From NCBI GenBank assembly GCA_025966135.1, contig JAOPVP010000043.1:18904-82903 (forward strand): a DNA stretch of 64,000 nucleotides, written 5' to 3'. Positions 18,715 to 25,746 of the stretch are shown piece after piece. The notes under the pieces are model-generated. The model saw only the letters and a list, made by a program, of their open reading frames with translations, was not told where the DNA came from and made no database searches. This DNA comes from Frankiales bacterium (GTDB taxonomy: Bacteria; Actinomycetota; Actinomycetes; Mycobacteriales; SCTD01). Each line of letters begins with the position of its first letter. The first letter of the stretch is position 1. The translations under genes were made by a program, and so were the position numbers.

Positions 18715-19742
18715 AGCTGGAACGACTTGCCTTCGAGGACGTCGACTGGGCGCGGCTCGACGCGCTCGAGGACCGGGTGCTGTTTCAGACGAGCGCCTGG
18801 CTCTCCTTCGTCGCGGAGACCCAAGGAGCAGAGCCTGTGGTCGCCGTTCTCCGGGAGGGTGGCGACGATCGCGGTTGGTTCACCGGGCTGGTGTGCCAGC
18901 GGTTCGGGGTGCGGGTCCTCGGTGCCCCCATGCCGGGGTGGAGCACGCAGTACCTGGGCTGCAACCTGCTTCCTGGCACGCCGCGCCGAGAAGCGCTTCA
19001 GGCTCTGGTCCCCTTCGCGTTCGGGGAGCTCCGGTGCAGTCATCTCGAGGTCTGCGACCGATGGGCCTCGGTGCCGGACCTGTCGGGCCTCGGTGGGCAG
19101 CACGACGACGTGCCGACGTTCGTGGTCGACCTGAGACCGAGTGAGGGGGAGATCCGCGCGCGCATGACCAGCGGGACTCGGCAGAACCTGCGCAAGGCGG
19201 TGCGCGGCGAGCTGGTGGTCGAGGACGCGGCGCCCGAGGGCTTTGCTGCGGAGTACTACGCCCAGCTGCAGGACGTCTTCGCCAAGCAACGGCTCGTCCC
19301 CACCTATCCGCTCCGGAGGGTGGAGAAGCTCATCGAGCACCTCCACCCGACGGGAAGGCTTCAGCTCATTCGGGTTCGTGCTCCGAACGGCAGGTCCATC
19401 GCCACCGCACTGGTCGCGGGCCTTGGCCAGACCGCGTACTTCTGGGGCGGCGCGAGCTGGCGCTCGCAGCAGCAGCTGCGTCCCAACGAGCTGTTGTTCT
19501 GGCATGCCTTCAGCACCTGGAAGAGTCGCGGCGCGCTGGAGTTCGACTTCGGCGGGGGCGGCGACTACAAGCGCAAGTACGGCGCCAGCGCCTTGTCCGT
19601 GCCCCACGCACGGGTGTCGAAGTGGCGGGTGCTGGCCCATCTGCGGGACGCAGCGAAGCGCTCGGTAGCTGTCCGGCAGCAGGCCGTGGGCGCGCTCCAC
19701 GGCACGTCGGCCAAGCGGGGGAGCAGCACAACGCCGGCGTGA
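18708..19742 (+). CDS. FemAB-like / Acetyltransf_6 (BioF2-like GNAT) acyl- or aminoacyl-transferase
   Basis: FQTSAWLSFV...YFWGGASWRSQQQLRPNELLFWHAFSTWKSRGALEFDFGGGGDYKRKYGA. GTG start overlaps the upstream stop. Confidence 0.7.
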   Translation: MLKLERLAFEDVDWARLDALEDRVLFQTSAWLSFVAETQGAEPVVAVLREGGDDRGWFTGLVCQRFGVRVLGAPMPGWSTQYLGCNLLPGTPRREALQALVPFAFGELRCSHLEVCDRWASVPDLSGLGGQHDDVPTFVVDLRPSEGEIRARMTSGTRQNLRKAVRGELVVEDAAPEGFAAEYYAQLQDVFAKQRLVPTYPLRRVEKLIEHLHPTGRLQLIRVRAPNGRSIATALVAGLGQTAYFWGGASWRSQQQLRPNELLFWHAFSTWKSRGALEFDFGGGGDYKRKYGASALSVPHARVSKWRVLAHLRDAAKRSVAVRQQAVGALHGTSAKRGSSTTPA

Positions 19743-19760
19743 CCTGAGGTCACGCCGGCG
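19732..19760. terminator. Perfect 12-bp hairpin between convergent genes (candidate bidirectional terminator)
   Basis: CGCCGGCGTGAC-ctgag-GTCACGCCGGCG; no T tract. Confidence 0.5.
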
Positions 19761-19799
19761 CTGTGGTCATGCATCAGCGGTTGTGGTGGTGCTGCTCTG

Positions 19800-21509
19800 C
19801 TAGTGGCCGCCCTCGTAGGCGCCGATGTCCACGGCCGGGCCCTGGGGTCGTGCGGCCAGGTCCATGTCGTAGGTCGGAGCGCCCTGGCTCGTGCCCTTGT
19901 TGATGGCCGGGCTGGCGGCGCGAAGGTGGTAGTCGCCACCGGTGCTCGCCTGGTAGTTGACGAACTGCGGGTCCCCGGTGATGGTGCCCGTCGGCGTGGA
20001 GCCACCGATGAGGCTGTAGCCGCCACTGGCGTTGCCGTTGAGCAGGTTGTCCGCGTAGGTGTTCTGGCCGGCGCGACCCATCTCCCGGATGCCGTAGTAC
20101 CCGTTGTTGACGACGATGTTGTTGGTCACGACGTTGTTGCTGGCGATGCCGGGGGCGATGTCGTTGCCCTCGAGCGAGCCGCCGATGACCATGCCGCCCT
20201 GCTTGTTCTCGAACACCGTGTTGTTGGAGATGGTGATCGTGTTGGCGTTGTGCCAGAGGTGAATGCCCCACCCGCTGGTCTGGTAGACGATGTTGTCCAG
20301 GATGCGGCCGCCGTTGGGGCCTTGGTAGTAGATGCCGTGGATGAGACCGCAGCCGCTCGTCGGCGCGAGGATGTCATTGACGACGTTGCCGATCGAGTCG
20401 TTGTTGTGCTCGGAGTAGTTCTGCAGCTCGATACCGGCACCGCCACGGCTGCAGCCCGGCGGGACCATGTGGTGGATGTGGTTGCCGAGGAACTTGCCGT
20501 TCGAGGCGGTCGACATGATCCCGCTGTACTGGGAGTCGGCGATGTCGAAGTTCTCGATGACGATCCAGTCACCGGTGTTGGTCCAGGCATTGGTGCTGCC
20601 CGGTGCACTGATCTTCGCGCCCCACTTGCTGCTGGACAGGAAGATGATCGGCGCGCTGGACGTGCCGCTGTTGCTGGAGGTGACAGCGCCGTAGGTCCCT
20701 GGGGCAACGTGGACGACGGTGCCCGCGCTGGCGACACTCGCGGCCTTCTGCACCTGCCGGAACGGCTGGCTGCTGGTGCCCGGGTTGCTGTCGCTACCTG
20801 TCGGCGAGACGTACAGCGCATGGGATCCCGTGGTGGGCCAGGGGTTTGTCGGCGTGCTGGTCGGCGCGGTGCTCGCCGTCGGTGCTGTGGTCGGGCTGGT
20901 GGTGGGCTTGGTAGTGGTTGCAGCGGTGGGACTGGAGGTCGGGGTGGCGGACGGCGCCGGTGCCGGGGTGCTCGTGGCCTGGACCTCGATGCCGTCGATC
21001 TTGGCGTTGTTCACCGCGGCACTGAAGCCCACATCGACCTTCGAGTCGGTGGTCCGGACCGGCACGCTGACGTCGTAGGCAGTCGTCGCCCCGATCGTCT
21101 TGACGAGGTCCAGGTTCGCCACGACTGTCTGTCCCTCCGCCGTGACCGAGAACACACGCTGGCCAGGCCTGTTGGCCCAGTTCTCGGTGAAGTGCAGCTT
21201 GAGGTCGTAGATGCCCGGGGCCGGTACCGGGATGGTGTACCCGCTCATGCCGTACCGCTCGTCCTGGTAGGCGGTCTGGTCGGTGGTGTTGGCGACCGTC
21301 CGGTGGTTCGTGGCCGCGGTGCCACCGACGAAGTAGCGATCGGCGAGCCACTGCTTGCCTTGGGAGTCGGTGAAGCCGGGACCGCCCGAGTTGATGCGGA
21401 CGCTCCATGGCCCGCTCGTGGCGGCCGAGGCGGACGCGGTGTGTAGCGCTGCTGCCGCTGGCACCAAGGCCAACGGCAGCAGAGCGAGTGCAGTCTTCTT
21501 GAGACGCAT
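19800..21509 (-). CDS. Secreted malectin-domain + Thr/Pro linker + right-handed parallel beta-helix protein (paralog 1)
   Basis: Signal peptide MRLKKTALALLPLALVPAAAALHTASASA. Malectin-like INSGG...QWLADRYF...LHFTENW...RVFSV. TP-rich linker. Beta-helix repeats (NNTVFENKQGGMVIGG, VTNNIVVNNG). C-terminus DIGAYEGGH. Confidence 0.85.
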   Translation of the reverse strand: MRLKKTALALLPLALVPAAAALHTASASAATSGPWSVRINSGGPGFTDSQGKQWLADRYFVGGTAATNHRTVANTTDQTAYQDERYGMSGYTIPVPAPGIYDLKLHFTENWANRPGQRVFSVTAEGQTVVANLDLVKTIGATTAYDVSVPVRTTDSKVDVGFSAAVNNAKIDGIEVQATSTPAPAPSATPTSSPTAATTTKPTTSPTTAPTASTAPTSTPTNPWPTTGSHALYVSPTGSDSNPGTSSQPFRQVQKAASVASAGTVVHVAPGTYGAVTSSNSGTSSAPIIFLSSSKWGAKISAPGSTNAWTNTGDWIVIENFDIADSQYSGIMSTASNGKFLGNHIHHMVPPGCSRGGAGIELQNYSEHNNDSIGNVVNDILAPTSGCGLIHGIYYQGPNGGRILDNIVYQTSGWGIHLWHNANTITISNNTVFENKQGGMVIGGSLEGNDIAPGIASNNVVTNNIVVNNGYYGIREMGRAGQNTYADNLLNGNASGGYSLIGGSTPTGTITGDPQFVNYQASTGGDYHLRAASPAINKGTSQGAPTYDMDLAARPQGPAVDIGAYEGGH

Positions 21510-21550
21510 ACGAGAGAACTCCTGAGTTATCGGGGGCTACCTCCCGTGTT

Positions 21551-21575
21551 TCGACGGTCACGCAAAGTTGCTGAA
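21551..21575 (-). promoter_or_regulatory. Copy 2 of bipartite motif TTCAGCAA-N10-CCGTCGA, 41 nt upstream of the paralog 1 start
   Basis: Plus strand TCGACGG-tcacgcaaag-TTGCTGAA. Confidence 0.4.
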
Positions 21576-21649
21576 CCGATGTGTACCGAGTTTCTGTCAC
21601 TCCATGTAGCCCCAAGATCACCAACAGTGGTCGATCTCAGAGTGCACAC

Positions 21650-21681
21650 CGGCGGCGTGACCCTGTGAGGCCACGCCGCCG
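21650..21681 (-). terminator. 10-bp GC hairpin downstream of beta-helix paralog 2, sequence-related to the hairpin at 19732-19760
   Basis: CGGCGGCGTG-(12 nt)-CACGCCGCCG. Confidence 0.4.
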
Positions 21682-21697
21682 CTGAGGTGCTGTCCGT

Positions 21698-21780
21698 GTT
21701 GCGACATCGCTCGTTGCGACGTTGCAGGTTGCGACCGTGCTGAATGCGACCGTGCTGACGGCATTCGTGCCGGTTGCGAC
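21698..21780. repeat. 15-bp tandem repeat, six units, core octamer GTTGCGAC
   Basis: GTTGCGAC at 21698, 21713, 21728 and 21773. AATGCGAC at 21743; degenerate unit at 21758. Exact 15-nt phasing; abuts the stop of paralog 2. Confidence 0.8.
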
Positions 21781-22950
21781 TCAGTGGCCGCCCTCGAAGG
21801 CGCCGATGTCCATGGCTCCGGCCTGGGGCCGAGGCGCCAGCATGAGGTCGTAGCGGGGTGCACGTAGCGTGGTTCCCCTGTTGACTGCCGGACTGGTGCG
21901 GCGCAGGCGGTAGTCACCACCGCCGGCGGCCCGGTAGTTCACGAACTGCGGGTTCTTGGCGATGGTGCCCGTGGGCCGGCCTCCGCCGATCAGGCTGTAG
22001 CTGCCGTTCGAGTTGCCGTAGACCAGGTTGTTCGCGTAGGTGTTCTTGCCGGCGCGACCCATCTCCCGGATGCCGTAACGCCCGTTGTAGACGGCGATGT
22101 TGTTGGTCACGACGACGCCTCGCACGATGCCAGGGGCGATGTCGTTGCCCTCGAGCGAGCCGCCGATGACCATGCCGCCCTGCTTGTTCTGGAAGACCGT
22201 GTTGTTGGAGATGGTGATGTTGTTGGCGTTATGCCACAGATGGATCCCCCACCCGCTGGTCTGGTAGACCAGGTTGTTCAGGATCCGACCGGCGTTCGGG
22301 CTCTGGTAGTAGATGCCGTGGATGCGGGCGCAGTCACCGGGCGCCATGATGTTGTGGATCACGTTGCCGATGCTGTCGTTGTTGTGGGCCGAGTAGTTCT
22401 CGGCCACGATGCCGGCGCCACCCCTGTCGCAGGTCGGAGCGGCGAGGTGGTGGATGTGGTTGCCGAGGAACTTGCCGTTGGAGCTCGTGGTCATGATGCC
22501 GTTGTAGTCGGCGCCCGTGATGTTGAACTTCTCGATCACGACCCACTCGCCGGTGTTCGTCCAGGCGCTCGTGTTGTGGGGCGCGCTGATAGTGGCCCGC
22601 CACTTGCTGTCGGACAGGAAGATGATCGGTGCCCTGGAGGTTCCGTTCCTGGTCGACGTGACGGGACCGTACGTGCCCGGGCGGACGTGCACGATGGTGC
22701 CCGCGGCGGCGACGCTGGCGGCCTTGTTGACCTGCCGGAAAGGCCGGGCCTGGGTGCCCGGGTTGCCGTCGCTCCCGGTGGGGGAGACGAAGAGCTGTCG
22801 CTTTCCGGTGGTGGGCCAGGGGTGCGTCGTGGCGGTGGTGACGCTGGCCGAGAGGCTGGTAGCCGAGGCTGTGGAGCCGGTAGGCAGGACTGCGGTAGCT
22901 GCCAGTAGCGTCAAGGGCAACGCCGCAAGGGCTGTCTTGGTGAGGTGCAT
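21781..22950 (-). CDS. Secreted right-handed parallel beta-helix protein (paralog 2)
   Basis: Signal peptide MHLTKTALAALPLTLLAATAVLP; about 70% identical by eye to the beta-helix part of 19800-21509; ends MDIGAFEGGH. Confidence 0.85.
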   Translation of the reverse strand: MHLTKTALAALPLTLLAATAVLPTGSTASATSLSASVTTATTHPWPTTGKRQLFVSPTGSDGNPGTQARPFRQVNKAASVAAAGTIVHVRPGTYGPVTSTRNGTSRAPIIFLSDSKWRATISAPHNTSAWTNTGEWVVIEKFNITGADYNGIMTTSSNGKFLGNHIHHLAAPTCDRGGAGIVAENYSAHNNDSIGNVIHNIMAPGDCARIHGIYYQSPNAGRILNNLVYQTSGWGIHLWHNANNITISNNTVFQNKQGGMVIGGSLEGNDIAPGIVRGVVVTNNIAVYNGRYGIREMGRAGKNTYANNLVYGNSNGSYSLIGGGRPTGTIAKNPQFVNYRAAGGGDYRLRRTSPAVNRGTTLRAPRYDLMLAPRPQAGAMDIGAFEGGH

Positions 22951-22993
22951 GCGAGGAGGTCTCCTGCGTGTTCGGGGGTACCTCCTTTCGTTG

Positions 22994-23018
22994 TCGACGA
23001 CCTCGCGTCATTGCTGAA
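22994..23018 (-). promoter_or_regulatory. Copy 3 of bipartite motif TTCAGCAA-N10-TCGTCGA, 43 nt upstream of the paralog 2 start
   Basis: Plus strand TCGACGA-cctcgcgtca-TTGCTGAA. Confidence 0.4.
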
Positions 23019-23080
23019 ACGATGTGCACACGCTCGGAGCTGGGCGCACCCTCGAGCGCGGCCGAGCAGCCTCGCTGGGG

Positions 23081-24205
23081 TCAGTGACCGCCCTCATAGG
23101 CGCCGATGTCCACGGCAGGACCTTGTGGCCGAGGGGCCTCGAGAAGGTCGTAACCGGGTGCCCCCAACGTGGTCCCCGCGTCGAGTGCCGGACTGGTGGA
23201 GCGCAGCCGGAAGTCGCCGCCATCAGACTGGTAGTCCACGAACTGCGGGTTCTGTGTGATGGTGCCCGAACGCGCGGCCCCGCGCCTGAGGCGGTAGCCG
23301 CCCTTGCTGTTGCCGTAGACCAGGTTGTCCGCGTAGGTGTTGTGGCCGACGCGACCGCTCTCACCGATGCCGTAGTGCCCGTTGTAGGCCGCGATGTTGT
23401 TGGTCACGAGGATGTTGCTGGCGAGGCCTGGGGCAACGTCGTTGCCCTCCATCGACCCGCCGATGAGCATGCCGCCCTGCCGGTTCTGGACGAGGGTGTT
23501 GTTGGAGATGGTGATGTTGCTCGCGTTGTGCCACAGGTGGATGCCCCACCCGCTGGTCTGGTAGATCACGTTGTTCAGGATCCGACCGGCGTTCGGGCTC
23601 TGGTAGTAGATGCCGTGGATGCGGGCGCAGTCACCAGGCGCGAGGATGTTGTGGATCACGTTGCCGATGGCGTCGTTGTTCTGAGACGTGTAGCTCTCGG
23701 CCACGATGCCGGCGCCACCGCGCGAGCAGGTCGGAGCGGCCAGGTGGTGGATGTTGTTGCCCAGGAAGGTGCCGTTGGAGCTCGTGGTCACGATGCCGTT
23801 GTAGTCGGCCCGCGTGATCGAGAACTCCTGGATCACGACCCACTGGCCGGAGTTGCTCCACGCGCTCGTGTGCCCAGGCGCGCTGATGATCGCCTGCCAC
23901 CTGCTGTCGGATCGGAAGGTGATCGGCGCGCTGGACGTACCGCTTCGGCTGGAGGTCACCGGGCCATACGTGCCAGGAGCGACGTGTACGACGGTGCCGG
24001 CGCCGGCGACCTGGGCGGCCTTGTTGACCTGCCGGAAGGGTCGGCTGCGGGTGCCTGGGTTGCTGTCGCTCCCCGACGGGGCGACGAACAGCTGCCGTGT
24101 TCCCGTGGTGGCGGTCCCTGGGCCTCCTGTCTTCGAGGGCAGTGTCAAGACCGCGGCCAAGATCACCAGTGGCAACGCGGCAAGGGCTGTCTTGGTGAGG
24201 TGCAT
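23081..24205 (-). CDS. Secreted right-handed parallel beta-helix protein (paralog 3)
   Basis: MHLTKTALAALPLVILAAVLTLPS signal peptide (ATG 24205); same architecture; ends VDIGAYEGGH. Confidence 0.85.
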   Translation of the reverse strand: MHLTKTALAALPLVILAAVLTLPSKTGGPGTATTGTRQLFVAPSGSDSNPGTRSRPFRQVNKAAQVAGAGTVVHVAPGTYGPVTSSRSGTSSAPITFRSDSRWQAIISAPGHTSAWSNSGQWVVIQEFSITRADYNGIVTTSSNGTFLGNNIHHLAAPTCSRGGAGIVAESYTSQNNDAIGNVIHNILAPGDCARIHGIYYQSPNAGRILNNVIYQTSGWGIHLWHNASNITISNNTLVQNRQGGMLIGGSMEGNDVAPGLASNILVTNNIAAYNGHYGIGESGRVGHNTYADNLVYGNSKGGYRLRRGAARSGTITQNPQFVDYQSDGGDFRLRSTSPALDAGTTLGAPGYDLLEAPRPQGPAVDIGAYEGGH

Positions 24206-24272
24206 CCGGGTAGATCTCCTGTGCCCGGAGCGTACCTCCGAGGGCTCGCGGGGCTCGCGCGCCACGGTCGCG

Positions 24273-25493
24273 CTATCTGGTTGGCTCGACATCCGGCACC
24301 TTCAGCTCGGGCACGGTCCGACGTCGAAGCAGCGCGTACCCGACCACCGCAGCCAGACCTTCGCCGCACAGGAGTGCGGTAGGCATGGCCCAGCTACGAC
24401 CGGTCTGCAGACCGGTGAGGACGGCGGCGACCACCAGCACCGGTGGGACGATGTTCATGACGATCCGTTGCGCGTCACCGAACGTTGCTACGAGCCCGAT
24501 CTCGATGACGTACTTGGGGCCCCAGACGACGAGCAACAGCGCGCCCAGGGCTGCGTAGCCACCGGCCTGCGCGTAGCTCGAGCCCAGTGCCGGCGCCAGC
24601 AGCGGGTGCCACAGGAGAACGGCCACACCGACCCCGAGCAGCGGTGGCATGGCCGCCCCGATCGCGGTACGGGCCGTGACAGGGCGGGTGCCGGTGAGCA
24701 GGTGGGGCAGCGCGTTCTGGAGCAGGAGCCACAGGGCGTTGGCGGCCGCTGCGGAAGCCCGCATACCGAGTGCGAACGCCCCGGCCGCCCGCGGGTTGCC
24801 GGTGGAGGCCATGGTCGCGAGCGCCAGAGGCACGGAGATCTGGCCCCCCACACCTGCCGCACCGAACATCAAGGACGTCCTGAGGTGCCGCAGCCAGGCG
24901 GTCCAGGACGGTGTCCAGGTGGGTAGGGACCCATGCCGGGCGAGGATGTACATCGCGACGGTGGCTCCTGCCAGGGGGGACAGCCCGTACCCGAGGGCAT
25001 ACGCGACGCCGTCTCCCGACGGCACCAGGATCCAGGCCACCACAAGGGTGACGACGGCCGCCCAGTTGGCAGCACCTAGCTGCAGCAGCTGGCCCCTGGC
25101 GCGCAACCACCAGTCCGGAAACAGCGCGTACGCCAGCAGGTAGGGGCTCATCGCCAGGAGGAGCCGCCCATCAGGGGCGTGGTAGGCCCGGGTGAGGAGC
25201 AGCACGGCGACGAGTCCGGCGCTGACGACCGCGGCAAGGGCCAGGTAGAGGCTGAAGATCTCGCTGCCCAGCCGTTGTTGCGCAGCCCCGCTGCTGGCAG
25301 CGAGGGTGCGGATGGAGTAGCCGGCCTGGCCAAGGTCAATGGCCCACCAGGCATAGCCGGTCCAGCTGAGGGCTACCGCGAAGAAGGCGAACTCCGAGGC
25401 ACCCAGCCGCCTGGCTACGAGCAAGACACCAAGGAAGGCGACCAGCTTTGGCAGCCAGTCGGACATCACGGTCAACAGCACGGTTCGCCGCAC
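24273..25493 (-). CDS. Wzx-type polysaccharide flippase (MOP superfamily)
   Basis: About 12 hydrophobic spans and N-terminal LPKLVAFLGVLLVARRLGASEFAFFAVA typical of Polysacc_synt. Start uncertain (GTG 25493 chosen; ATG 25466 or 25649 possible). Confidence 0.75.
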   Translation of the reverse strand: MRRTVLLTVMSDWLPKLVAFLGVLLVARRLGASEFAFFAVALSWTGYAWWAIDLGQAGYSIRTLAASSGAAQQRLGSEIFSLYLALAAVVSAGLVAVLLLTRAYHAPDGRLLLAMSPYLLAYALFPDWWLRARGQLLQLGAANWAAVVTLVVAWILVPSGDGVAYALGYGLSPLAGATVAMYILARHGSLPTWTPSWTAWLRHLRTSLMFGAAGVGGQISVPLALATMASTGNPRAAGAFALGMRASAAAANALWLLLQNALPHLLTGTRPVTARTAIGAAMPPLLGVGVAVLLWHPLLAPALGSSYAQAGGYAALGALLLVVWGPKYVIEIGLVATFGDAQRIVMNIVPPVLVVAAVLTGLQTGRSWAMPTALLCGEGLAAVVGYALLRRRTVPELKVPDVEPTR

Positions 25494-25746
25494 CAGGCTG
25501 CTCAGCCCTCTTTGGGCAGTGCCGGGTGGTCGGGTCGGCCTTTCCGCTGCGTCACAGTGGGTTGCCCTCGTCCGGCGTGGGTGGCGGCACCTGTGCCGTC
25601 GTACAACAGGGCAGGTGGTCCGCTGCCTGATACACGCGAAAGCGGCCATCTCGGCGGTCCTCGTCGCGGGTGTATCTGCATCCTTCGAACCCACCTCTCC
25701 TGGGGAAGGTTGTGCTTGGGGTGGCGTGCTGAGTGGGTGAGGCGAC

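Noticed and set aside
21698-21787. The 15-bp periodic repeat as a CRISPR array or iteron origin
   Set aside because: The units are 15 bp including the spacer, far below CRISPR dimensions, and no cas genes are present. No rep/par genes or AT-rich unwinding element is nearby.
21618-21920. 100-aa minus-strand ORF whose product shows a pentapeptide periodicity (SQPAT/SQRAM/SHSAR) across the 15-bp repeat
   Set aside because: It overlaps the 3-prime end of beta-helix paralog 2 in another frame, has no SD and looks non-protein-like. The periodicity is simply the 15-bp DNA repeat read in frame.
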